Positions 46,359 to 54,985 of a stretch of DNA of 64,000 nt are shown piece by piece. Under the pieces are notes generated by a model, which saw only the letters and a list, made by a program, of their open reading frames with translations, made no database searches and was not told the origin of the DNA. This DNA comes from Deltaproteobacteria bacterium. Lineage in GTDB: Bacteria; Myxococcota_A; UBA9160; SZUA-336. Position 1 is the stretch's first letter. The number at the start of each line of letters is the position of its first letter. The position numbers and the translations under genes were made by a program. The DNA is taken from assembly GCA_016875225.1 (NCBI GenBank), contig VGRW01000008.1, positions 12,960-76,959 on the forward strand, given 5' to 3'.

Positions 46359-47908
46359 CAGATCGCGCGCTCGCGGCCGGCCCAGTAGGGGTCGCGGAGC
46401 TTGCGCTTGTAGAGCTTGCCGTTGGGGTCGCGCGGGAGCTCGGCGAGGAAGTCGATCGTCCGGGGCAGCTTGAACTTCGCGAGCTTGTCGGCGCAGAAGG
46501 CGAGGATCTCGGCGGCGAGCTGTGGGCCCGGCTCGACGCCGGCGGCGGGCTCGACCACGGCCTTCACCTCCTCGCCCCAGTCGGCGTTGGGGATCCCGAA
46601 GACCGCGACGTCGGCGATCTTCGGGTGGCCGAGCAGCACGTTCTCGATCTCGGCCGGGTAGATGTTCGCGCCGCCCGAGATGATCATGTCGATCTTGCGG
46701 TCACACAGGAACAGGTAGCCCGCGTCGTTCAGGTAGCCGACGTCGCCGACGGTGAAGTAGTTGCCGATCCGGTTCTTGCGCGTCTTCTCGCTGTCCTTGT
46801 GGTACTCGAAGTCGGCCTGCCCCAGGCGCATGTACACCGTGCCCTGCTGGCCGGTGGGGAGCTCCTGCCCCGCGTCGTCGAAGATCTTGATCTCGGCGCC
46901 GGGCCAGGCGCGGCCGACCGTGCCCGGGTGCACGCGCCACCCCTGTGGCGTGACGAGCGTGCCGCCGCCCTCGGTGGCCGCGTAGTACTCGAAGATCGAG
47001 TCGCCCCACCAGTCCAGCATTCGCCGCTTCACGTCGGGCGGGCAGGGCGCTGCCGCGTGCACCATCGTGCGGGTCGAGCTGCAGTCGTACTTCGCGCGCA
47101 CCTCCGGCGGCAGCGCGAGCATGCGGTGGAACTGCGTCGGCACCATGTGACTCGTGGTGACTCGGTACTTGTCGATCAGGCGCAGGCAGTCCTCCGGCGT
47201 CCACTTGTCCATCAGCACCACCGGGTGACCGAAGTGCATGGACGAGGACGCGAAGACCAGCACCGCCGTGTGGTAGAGCGGCGAGCCGACGATGTGGACG
47301 TTTCCGTCCTCGGGCTTGATCCCGAACATCGACAGGAAGCCGGTGAAGAGCGTCGCGATGATGTCGGGATCGAGCGGCGGCAGCGGCCGGCGCACGCCCT
47401 TGGGCTTTCCGGTCGTGCCCGAGGTGTAGTTCATCACCGCGCCCGCGGCGCGCTCGGCGGGAAGCGTCTCGGGCTGGCCGGCGACGAGCTCGTCGAAGGG
47501 ACGGAAGCTCGGGATCGCGCCGATCGCGAATCGCCCCGAAGCGGGGAAGCGGATCTCGTCGGCCGCGGCGCGGCAGGTGTCGGCGATTCGGTCCGATGCG
47601 ATGAACGCCTTCGCCTCGCTGTCGGCGACGATGTAGGCGATCTCGGCCGGCGCGAGGTGCCAGTTGATCGGCACCAGGTACCAGCCCGACTGCGCGCAGG
47701 CGAGGTTCAGCGCGAAGAACTCCGCGCAGTTCGGAAGCGCCACGGCCACCGCGTCGCCCTGTCGCAGACCCAGCGCGCGAAGGCCGTTCGCGATCCGGTT
47801 CTGCAGCGCGAACAGCTCGCCGCGAGTGTAGGCACGCTCGTCGGGCGCGATCAACGCGAGCCGCGACGGGTCGCGCTGCGCGTAGCTCCAGAAGCCATGG
47901 TCTGCCAC
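46358..47908 (-). CDS. acyl-CoA synthetase (AMP-dependent ligase)
   Basis: YTSGTTGKPKGV, …GEEVKAVV…, C-terminal GKLYKRKL. GTG start preceded by AGGAGG. The upstream R-rich ORF portion is rejected. Confidence 0.85.
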   Translation of the reverse strand: MADHGFWSYAQRDPSRLALIAPDERAYTRGELFALQNRIANGLRALGLRQGDAVAVALPNCAEFFALNLACAQSGWYLVPINWHLAPAEIAYIVADSEAKAFIASDRIADTCRAAADEIRFPASGRFAIGAIPSFRPFDELVAGQPETLPAERAAGAVMNYTSGTTGKPKGVRRPLPPLDPDIIATLFTGFLSMFGIKPEDGNVHIVGSPLYHTAVLVFASSSMHFGHPVVLMDKWTPEDCLRLIDKYRVTTSHMVPTQFHRMLALPPEVRAKYDCSSTRTMVHAAAPCPPDVKRRMLDWWGDSIFEYYAATEGGGTLVTPQGWRVHPGTVGRAWPGAEIKIFDDAGQELPTGQQGTVYMRLGQADFEYHKDSEKTRKNRIGNYFTVGDVGYLNDAGYLFLCDRKIDMIISGGANIYPAEIENVLLGHPKIADVAVFGIPNADWGEEVKAVVEPAAGVEPGPQLAAEILAFCADKLAKFKLPRTIDFLAELPRDPNGKLYKRKLRDPYWAGRERAI

Positions 47909-47922
47909 GGTATTCGCGCCTC

Positions 47923-49080
47923 CTAAGGCTTGTGGTCGGCGACGATGTAGGTGCTGAAGTACTGCGAGCCGCCGCCGTAGGCGTGGCCGAGCGCCTTGCG
48001 CACGCCGTCGACCTGGTGCTCGCCCGCCTGGCCGCGCACCTGCATCGCGGCCTCGGCGAAGCGGATCAGGCCCGAGGCGCCGATCGGGTTCGAGGACAGC
48101 ACGCCCCCCGACATGTTCACCGGCAGATCGCCGTCGATCGCGGTCGCGCCCTCGTAGGTCATCTTCCAGCCCTGGCCTTCCTCGGCGAAGCCCATCGACT
48201 CCATCCACATCGGCTCGAACCACGAGAACGGCACGTAGATCTCCGCGCAGTCGATCTCGGCGCGCGGGTTGGTGATGCGCGCCTTCTTGTACAGATCGGC
48301 GGCGTTCATCCTAGCTGCGAGCGGGTTCACCTGGTCGCGGCCCGCGAACATGGTGGGCTCGGAGCGCATCGCGGTGGCGTGCACCCAGGCGGGCTTTCCC
48401 GGCGCCTTCGCCGCCGCGCTCTCGCTCGCGAAGATCATCGCGCATGCGCCGTCCGACGACGGGCAGGTCTCGAGATAGCGGATCGGATCCCAGAGCATCG
48501 GCGAGTTCATCACCTGCTCGAACGTGACGCCGGGAATCTTCACGTGCGCGTACGGGTTCTTTAGCGCGTTCTGGCGGTCCTTCACCGCGACGCGGATGCC
48601 CGTGTCCTCGGGCGCGCCGGAGCGGCGGATGTAGGCGCGGATCAGCGGCGCGAAGTAGCCGCCCGCGCCCGCCACGACGGCGACGCTGAACGGCGGCGAC
48701 ACGGTGAGCGCCCACATCGCGTTCGACTCCGACTGCTTCTCGAAGCCGACGCAGAGCACGCGCTCGAAGATCCCCGACTCGACCAGCGACGACGCGACGA
48801 TTCCCGTCGAGCCGCCGACGCTGCCGGCGGTGTGCACGCGGATCATCGGCTTTCCCGCGCCGCCGAGCGCCTCGGCGAGGAACAGCTCCGGCATCATCAC
48901 GCCCTCGAACATGTCGGGCGCCTTGCCGATCACGACCGCGTCGACGTCGGCGAAGGAGAGGTCCGCGTCCTCGAGCGCGCGAAGCGCGGCCTCGCGCACC
49001 AGCCCGGGCATCGACACGTCGATGCGCTTGGCGTCGTACTTGGTCTGGCCGATCCCGATCACGGCGCTGCGGCTGGCCAT
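47923..49080 (-). CDS. SCP-x/Ltp2-like thiolase-fold protein lacking the nucleophilic Cys (putative retro-aldolase subunit)
   Basis: Thiolase fold with a C-terminal GG motif region. At the acyl-nucleophile position it reads VHTAGSVGGSTG, with no Cys. Start at MASRSAVIGIGQTKY. Confidence 0.75.
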   Translation of the reverse strand: MASRSAVIGIGQTKYDAKRIDVSMPGLVREAALRALEDADLSFADVDAVVIGKAPDMFEGVMMPELFLAEALGGAGKPMIRVHTAGSVGGSTGIVASSLVESGIFERVLCVGFEKQSESNAMWALTVSPPFSVAVVAGAGGYFAPLIRAYIRRSGAPEDTGIRVAVKDRQNALKNPYAHVKIPGVTFEQVMNSPMLWDPIRYLETCPSSDGACAMIFASESAAAKAPGKPAWVHATAMRSEPTMFAGRDQVNPLAARMNAADLYKKARITNPRAEIDCAEIYVPFSWFEPMWMESMGFAEEGQGWKMTYEGATAIDGDLPVNMSGGVLSSNPIGASGLIRFAEAAMQVRGQAGEHQVDGVRKALGHAYGGGSQYFSTYIVADHKP

Positions 49081-50129
49081 CAGTCGCCCTCCAGCACGCA
49101 GACCAGGTTCTGCTGCAGGCACGGGCCCTGCGTCGCGTGCGCGACCGCGCGATCGCCGCGCCCGGCCGCGATCCGCTGTGCGGCCTCGCCGATCCGGACC
49201 AGCCCCGCGGCCATGTACGGGTGAGAGGCGAGCGCGCCCCCCGACGGGTTGATCGCGACGCCCTCGCCGAGCCCCAGCGCCGCGCGCAGGATCAGCTCCT
49301 GGTGCGAGTACGGCGCGTGCAGCTCGGCGAAGTCGACCCGGCCCGCGTGCACGCCCGCCTTCGCCGCCGCGATCTCCGTCGACGCCGAGCGCGAGAGGTC
49401 GCGAAGCCCGAGCCCCAGCGGCTCGATCCGGTGATCGAAGCCGCGGATCCAGACCGGCCGCGCGCAGAGCTCCCGCGCCTTCTCGCCCGCGACCACGACC
49501 ATCGCCGACGCCCCGTCGGTGATCGGCGGCAGGTCGTGCGCGCGAAGCGGCGAGCAGACGTACGGCTCGGCGAGAAGCTTCTCGATGTCGACGCTGCCGC
49601 TCACCACGGCGTGCGGATTCGCCACCGCGTCACGCCGGCTGCGCGCGACGACGGCCGCCAGGTCGCGTTCGCTCTTGCCAGTGGCTTCGAGAAACGCGCG
49701 CGCCTGGATCGCGGCCAGGCTGTGCGCGTCGGGCCAGAGCGGCAGCATCGTGTACGGGTCGAGCTGCAGCGCCAGGATCTCGGCCAGATCCCCCGACGAC
49801 GACTTGCCGAACGAGTAGACCAGCGCCGAGTCGACGTCGCCGGTCTGGATCTTGATCCACGCCTCGTACAGCGCCCAGGCGCCGTCCATCTCGACGTGCG
49901 ACTCCTTGATCGGCGGCCAGGCGCCGACCGCGTCGAGCGCGCCGACGAAGGCGAAGCTCTGCCCCTGCAGGTAGTCGCTCGAGCCCGAGCAGGTGAAGCC
50001 GATCTCCGCGCGCGGCAGCTTCGCGGCGCGCACGGCCTCCTGCACCACCGGCATCAGGAACTCGACCTCGTTTCGCGTGTCGCGCGGGCTGGTCGACTGC
50101 GCGAACGAGACGATCGCCACCTCGCGCAT
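49080..50129 (-). CDS. thiolase-like protein (SCP-x/Ltp family)
   Basis: MREVAIVSFAQS…FTCSGSSDY… (candidate nucleophile Cys) … C-terminal thiolase motifs. ATGA overlap with the downstream thiolase-like gene. Confidence 0.7.
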   Translation of the reverse strand: MREVAIVSFAQSTSPRDTRNEVEFLMPVVQEAVRAAKLPRAEIGFTCSGSSDYLQGQSFAFVGALDAVGAWPPIKESHVEMDGAWALYEAWIKIQTGDVDSALVYSFGKSSSGDLAEILALQLDPYTMLPLWPDAHSLAAIQARAFLEATGKSERDLAAVVARSRRDAVANPHAVVSGSVDIEKLLAEPYVCSPLRAHDLPPITDGASAMVVVAGEKARELCARPVWIRGFDHRIEPLGLGLRDLSRSASTEIAAAKAGVHAGRVDFAELHAPYSHQELILRAALGLGEGVAINPSGGALASHPYMAAGLVRIGEAAQRIAAGRGDRAVAHATQGPCLQQNLVCVLEGD

Positions 50130-50614
50130 CAGAGGTGTTCCTTGTACGAGTCGTACTCCGCGTCGGGCTCGGCGATCGGCTTGAAGTAGCGGATGCTCGA
50201 CATGGTCGGGCCGAGCTGATCCCTTGGCACCCAGACCGCTTCGACCCGCATGCCCATGCGCACGTCCTCGAGCGCGCACTCCTGCAGCACGTGCAGCATG
50301 GGGATGTCCGCGCCGTCGAGCAGCACCGCCGCGCAGGTGTAGGGCGGGTTGAACGACAGGTTCTCCGACGGCACGCGCACGATGCAGAACGTGGTGACGG
50401 TGCCCTTGTTCGAGACCTGCACCTCTTCCTCGGTGCGCACCGCGCAGCGCGGGCAGGCGCCGCGCGGCGGCACGTACACGCGCCGGCACTCGATGCAGCG
50501 CTGGCCGAGGATGCGGCCCTCCGCGATGCCGCGCAGGAAGCGGCTCTGCGCGCGCCCGGTGACGTAGTCGTAGTCGAGCGCGACGGGGGCCGAGATGCTC
50601 TTCACCAGCTCCAC
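50129..50614 (-). CDS. DUF35 OB-fold / Zn-ribbon protein (thiolase-associated)
   Basis: Zn-ribbon CIECRRVYVPPRGACPRC followed by an OB-fold. GTG start 7 nt after GGAGG. Overlaps the thiolase start. Confidence 0.7.
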   Translation of the reverse strand: MELVKSISAPVALDYDYVTGRAQSRFLRGIAEGRILGQRCIECRRVYVPPRGACPRCAVRTEEEVQVSNKGTVTTFCIVRVPSENLSFNPPYTCAAVLLDGADIPMLHVLQECALEDVRMGMRVEAVWVPRDQLGPTMSSIRYFKPIAEPDAEYDSYKEHL

Positions 50615-50616
50615 GG

Positions 50617-51078
50617 CTAGACCTCCGGCTCGAAGCAGGCGATGTCGCCGATCTCGCCGCGCGTCTCGTCGCGCCAGCGCGCGCGCACGCGCATTCCCGT
50701 GCGCATGCGCGATTCGGCAAGCGCGTCCACCGCGTGCAGGAGCGGCGTGTCCGCGCCGTCGAGCAGGATCAGCGCGAACGCGAACGGCTGCGCGAGCGGC
50801 TGCTTCGCGCGCGGCTTCCCGACCCAGGTCCAGCCTTTGACCGTGCCGCCCGGCCCGACCGGCACGAACTCGTCGCTCGTGGCCTCGCCGGTCTCGGGGT
50901 CGTACTCGGCGGGCGGGACCAGCACGCGCCCCGCGCGGGTGCGCACGCCCTCGATCCGCCGCTCGCGCAGGCCCGCGAAGAAGCGGCCCAGCACCGGACC
51001 GACCGAGCGGCGGTAGGTGTACTCCACGTGGTGCAGCGCCGTGAGCGGCGCGTCGTCGCGCTTGGGGTCGGCGGCCAT
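50617..51078 (-). CDS. DUF35 OB-fold protein (second copy, Zn-ribbon degenerate)
   Basis: …HVEYTYRRSVGPVLGRFFAGL…GVRTRAGRVLVPPAEY… has the DUF35 pattern but lacks the four Cys. Confidence 0.65.
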   Translation of the reverse strand: MAADPKRDDAPLTALHHVEYTYRRSVGPVLGRFFAGLRERRIEGVRTRAGRVLVPPAEYDPETGEATSDEFVPVGPGGTVKGWTWVGKPRAKQPLAQPFAFALILLDGADTPLLHAVDALAESRMRTGMRVRARWRDETRGEIGDIACFEPEV

Positions 51079-51088
51079 CCCTGCGGAT

Positions 51089-51116
51089 TAGAACACGTTC
51101 CAAAGAAACGTGTCCA
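51089..51116. promoter_or_regulatory. KstR-type operator-like palindrome (TAGAACACGTTCCA) plus an adjacent half-degenerate repeat (AGAAACGTGTCCA)
   Basis: Lies in the 65-bp divergent region between the DUF35/thiolase operon and the LLM oxidoreductase gene. The flanking 20 nt (ctgcggatTagaacacgttc) is nearly identical to the P450 5' region. Confidence 0.6.
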
Positions 51117-51167
51117 CGCACGCAGGCCCCGGGTGACGGTAAGATGCGGGACCACAAGGAGTTCCCG

Positions 51168-52175
51168 ATGAAGCTCGGACTGCAGCTCGGCTACTGGCAG
51201 GGACAGCCGCCCACCAACCACGTGGCGCTCGCGCAGGAGGCGGAGCGGCTCGGCTACGACTCGGTCTGGACCGCGGAGGCCTGGGGCTCGGACGCGTTCA
51301 CGCCGCTGGCCTGGATCGGAGCGCACACCAGCAAGATCAAGCTCGCCACCGGCATCGTGCAGATCTCCGCGCGCACGCCGGCGTCGACCGCCATGCACGC
51401 GCTCACGCTCGACCACCTGTCGAAGGGCCGCGTGATCCTGGGGCTCGGCGTCTCGGGCCCGCAGGTGGTCGAGGGCTGGTACGGCCAGCCCTTCGACAAG
51501 CCGCTCGCGCGCACCCGCGAGTACGTCTCGATCATCCGCAAGATCCTGCGCCGCGAGGAGCCGGTCTCGAACGCTGGCCCGCACTACCCGCTGCCCTACA
51601 CCGGCCCGGGCGCGTGGGGGCTGGGCAAGCCGCTGCGCTCGATCGTGCACCCGCTGCGCGCGGACCTGCCGATCTACCTGGGCGCGGAGGGGCCGAAGAA
51701 CGTCGCGCTGGCCGCGGAGATCTGCGACGGCTGGACGCCGCTCTACTTCTCGCCGTTCCGGCCCGAGGTCTACGCGGAGTCGCTGGCGGGCGCGAAGCCC
51801 GGCTTCCAGATCGCGCAGGGCGTGGCGGTGAACATCACGAACGACCTGCAGGCGGGGCTTGCGCCGGTGAAGGCGATGCTCGGCTTCTACATCGGCGGCA
51901 TGGGCGCCAAGCAGCGCAACTTCCACAAGGAGCTGATGGGCCGGATGGGCTTCGAGGCCGAGGCCGACAAGATCCAGGACCTGTTCTTCGCGGGAAAGCG
52001 CGCCGAGGCGATCGCCGCGGTGCCGGACCAGTTCGCGGACGAGGTCTCGCTGGTCGGGCCGATCGAGCGCATTCGCGACCGGCTGCAGGCGTGGAAGAAG
52101 ACGCCGGTCACCACGCTGCTCGTCGCCGCGGGCGATCCCGCGGTGATGCGCACGATGGCCGAGCTGGTGCTGTAG
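51168..52175 (+). CDS. LLM-class F420/flavin-dependent oxidoreductase
   Basis: MKLGLQLGYWQG…LGYDSVWTAEAWGSDAF… Start 6 nt after AAGGAG. KstR-like box in the promoter. Confidence 0.8.
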   Translation: MKLGLQLGYWQGQPPTNHVALAQEAERLGYDSVWTAEAWGSDAFTPLAWIGAHTSKIKLATGIVQISARTPASTAMHALTLDHLSKGRVILGLGVSGPQVVEGWYGQPFDKPLARTREYVSIIRKILRREEPVSNAGPHYPLPYTGPGAWGLGKPLRSIVHPLRADLPIYLGAEGPKNVALAAEICDGWTPLYFSPFRPEVYAESLAGAKPGFQIAQGVAVNITNDLQAGLAPVKAMLGFYIGGMGAKQRNFHKELMGRMGFEAEADKIQDLFFAGKRAEAIAAVPDQFADEVSLVGPIERIRDRLQAWKKTPVTTLLVAAGDPAVMRTMAELVL

Positions 52176-52182
52176 ACGCGGC

Positions 52183-52884
52183 GTGGAGAAGCTCGTCTAC
52201 CTGCTCTGGAAGCGCGGGGCCGACGGCATCGAGCCGTTTCGCGAGCGGCTGCTCGAGCGGGCGGCCCCACGTCTTCTGGCCGACGGCGCGCTCTCGCTGG
52301 TGGCAAACGTCGCGGACCTGCACGCGCAGATCCCGCCACGCCACCCGCTGGTCGTGGGCGACGGCCGCGAGGTCTCGGCCTGCGTCTCCGTCTGGCTCGA
52401 GTCCCAGGACGCGCGCCCGGCGCTCGAGGCGACACTCGCAGGTGTCGCATCCAGGGTGGACGGCTATCTGGTGACGGAGTCGGTGCCGCTGCGCTGCCCG
52501 GACCGGACCTGGCCCGACGGCGTGCGCAGCCCCGGCGTCACGCTCTGGACCGCGTTTCCCAAGCCCGAACGGCTGGCCGACGAGGCGTTCTTCGCGCACT
52601 GGTACGGCTCGCACACGCCGCTCTCGTTCGAGATCCACCCGCTCTGGCAGTACGTGCGCAACGCGGTCGCGCGGCCGCTCACGCCCGGCGCGAAGCCGTT
52701 TCGCGCCATCGTCGAGGAGCGCTTCCGCTCGCTCGAAGAGATCCTCGACTTCAAACGCTTCTTCGGGGGCGACCTGGCGAACATCCGGCGCGTGACCGAC
52801 GACCTCGCGGCCTTCACCGAGATGGCGACCATGAACACCACGCCGATGAGCGAGTTCATCGTGAGGAGCGAGCCGTGGCTCTAG
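52183..52884 (+). CDS. hypothetical protein (possible EthD-like alpha+beta barrel)
   Basis: GTG start. No diagnostic motif. Co-directional with the neighbouring catabolic genes. Confidence 0.45.
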   Translation: MEKLVYLLWKRGADGIEPFRERLLERAAPRLLADGALSLVANVADLHAQIPPRHPLVVGDGREVSACVSVWLESQDARPALEATLAGVASRVDGYLVTESVPLRCPDRTWPDGVRSPGVTLWTAFPKPERLADEAFFAHWYGSHTPLSFEIHPLWQYVRNAVARPLTPGAKPFRAIVEERFRSLEEILDFKRFFGGDLANIRRVTDDLAAFTEMATMNTTPMSEFIVRSEPWL

Positions 52885-53972
52885 CCAGCCTCGCGAAGCG
52901 CTGGGGGGCGCTGCGGGAACGCCTGCCGCGCGATCTTCTGGCGCGCACGCTCGCCGGGGCGCAGCTGCTGCGGCTGCCCGCGAACGTGCCGCCGTGGACG
53001 CAGACGGGAATTCGCGTCGCCAAGGGCGACGAGGTCACGATCCTGGCCGAGGGGCGCGCGATCGTCTCGGTCGAGGCGGGTCTCGCCTCGCGGCCGCGCT
53101 ACGCGCTCTGGGCGCGGCTCGGCGGACGGGGACCGATCTGGACCGGCACGCGCGACACGCAGAGCTTCCGCTGCGATCGCGACGGCGCGCTCGAGCTCGC
53201 GATCTACAACGGCGAGTGGAAGTCGCCCGACGGCGTGCTCGCGACGCCGGTCGAGGCGTACGCGGGTCTCACCGGCGAGATCTTCGCGCTGATCCTGCAC
53301 TGGCGCGGCGAGGCGCGCGATGGCCTCGCGGCGATCGAGCGCGCCGCGCCCGGCGAGCCGCTGGTCGCCGCGGAGCTGGCGCGGATGGCGAATCCCGCCG
53401 TGCGCCCGGCGGGCTGGAACTACCTGTGGTTCCTCGGCCAGAGCGAGACGTTCCGCACGCTGCGCTCGCGCGACGTCGGCCCGAGCATCGGCTGCGTGAC
53501 CGACGACGACGTCGCGATCCTGCGCCGGCCCGTCTCTCTTCCGCTCGGACCCGACACGGAGATCGCCTGGCGCTGGCGCGTGACGTCGCTTCCGTCGGCG
53601 AAGCCCGAGGACCAGCTCCTGTGCCACGACTATCTCTCGGTCGCGGTCGAGTTCGACAACGGCCGCGATCTGTCCTGGTACTGGAGCGCGGCGCTCCCGC
53701 CCGAGACGCACTTCGCCTGCCCGATTCCGCAGTGGACCCCGCGCGAGACCCACCTGGTGGTGCGTTCCGGCGCGGACGGGCTCGGCGCCTGGAAGAGCGA
53801 GCGGAGAAACGTCTTCGCCGACTGCGCGCGCGCGATGGGCGAGCCGCCCGCGCGGATCGTCGCGGTCTGGCTGATCGCGGTGAGCCTGTTCCAGCACGGC
53901 CGCGGCGAGGCGGAGTTCGCCCAGATCGAGCTCTCGTCCGCCGGGGAGCGCGTCGAGGTCGCGGGCCGGTGA
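52875..53972 (+). CDS. hypothetical protein
   Basis: 365-aa ORF with good coding character. No recognised motif. Overlaps neighbours by 10 nt and 4 nt. Confidence 0.45.
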   Translation: MALASLAKRWGALRERLPRDLLARTLAGAQLLRLPANVPPWTQTGIRVAKGDEVTILAEGRAIVSVEAGLASRPRYALWARLGGRGPIWTGTRDTQSFRCDRDGALELAIYNGEWKSPDGVLATPVEAYAGLTGEIFALILHWRGEARDGLAAIERAAPGEPLVAAELARMANPAVRPAGWNYLWFLGQSETFRTLRSRDVGPSIGCVTDDDVAILRRPVSLPLGPDTEIAWRWRVTSLPSAKPEDQLLCHDYLSVAVEFDNGRDLSWYWSAALPPETHFACPIPQWTPRETHLVVRSGADGLGAWKSERRNVFADCARAMGEPPARIVAVWLIAVSLFQHGRGEAEFAQIELSSAGERVEVAGR

Positions 53973-54985
53973 GTCGGATCGAGGTTCGCGATTTCGCGAG
54001 CGCGGATCTCGCGCCCGCGGCGCAGCTGCTCTCGGATCGCTTCGCGCGCGCGGGCGCGCCGGCGGCCGGCTCCGCCTTCGCGCCGCACGACACGGCCTCG
54101 TGTCGCAAGGTGCTCGAGCGCCTCGCGTCCGAGAAGTACGTGCGCGGCGCGATCGCGAGCGCATCCGGCGCGCCGATCGGCTTCCTGTTCGCGCAAGCGA
54201 ACCTGACCGCGCCGGATTCGGCGCTCTCGTATTTCAGCCCGGCGTTCTCGGTCGGCAGCCCGCTCTCGGGCCACGCGGTGGCCGGGGGTCACGATCCCGG
54301 CGTGGTCTACCGCGAGCTCTTCGCGTTCCTTGCGGCCGACTTGGTAAGGGACGGGTTCCTCGACTTCGGTGTGGGCGTGCTCGTGTCCGAGCGCGAGGTC
54401 GCGGACGCCTGGTCCGCGCTCGGCTTCGGCCGGCACTTCACGCTCGCGCTTCGCGGCGTCGAGCCTCTGCCAGCGCCTCCGCGCGCGGATCTCGAGATCC
54501 GCGAGGCGCAGGAGGGCGATCTTCCCGGCGTCTTCGAGCTGCTCGCCGAGCAGCGGCGCTTCCACGCGCGCGCGCCCATGTTCCTGCCGGATCTGCGCAT
54601 CCTGCGCGAGCCGCAAGAGGCGATGACGCGCGCGCTTCTCGGCCAGCCGCGCTGCCCGATCTTCGTCGCCTGGCGCGACGGCCGCGCGCTCGGCATGCAG
54701 CTCTTCGCGCCGCGCTCGTTCGTGCCCTGGCCGCTCCGCGACGACGCGACCGTCTACCTGTTCCAGGGCGTGGTGCGCGAGAGCGAGCGGGGCGGCGGCG
54801 TCGGCGCGGCGCTGCTCGAGAACTCGCTCGCCTGGATGCGCCGAGAAGGCGTGCGCCGCTGCGGGCTGCACTTCCTGGCCGCGAATCCGTCCGGATCGGT
54901 GTTCTGGACCCGGCACGGATTCCGGCCGGCCGAGCACACACTGCATCGCACGGTCGACGCGCGAATCGCCTGGAGCGCCCGATGA
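53969..54985 (+). CDS. GNAT-family acetyltransferase (two-domain)
   Basis: C-terminal …VVRESERGGGVGAALLENSLAWMRREGVRRCGLHF… acetyl-CoA motif. GTG start overlapping the upstream stop. Confidence 0.6.
   Translation: MSRIEVRDFASADLAPAAQLLSDRFARAGAPAAGSAFAPHDTASCRKVLERLASEKYVRGAIASASGAPIGFLFAQANLTAPDSALSYFSPAFSVGSPLSGHAVAGGHDPGVVYRELFAFLAADLVRDGFLDFGVGVLVSEREVADAWSALGFGRHFTLALRGVEPLPAPPRADLEIREAQEGDLPGVFELLAEQRRFHARAPMFLPDLRILREPQEAMTRALLGQPRCPIFVAWRDGRALGMQLFAPRSFVPWPLRDDATVYLFQGVVRESERGGGVGAALLENSLAWMRREGVRRCGLHFLAANPSGSVFWTRHGFRPAEHTLHRTVDARIAWSAR

Noticed and set aside
54100-54981. Upstream part of the 1296-aa ORF containing the MMPL gene
   Set aside because: Out-of-frame overlap with the GNAT gene. 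The MMPL N-terminus ([13 protein letters not shown]…, TM helix) starts at 54982 with ATGA coupling.
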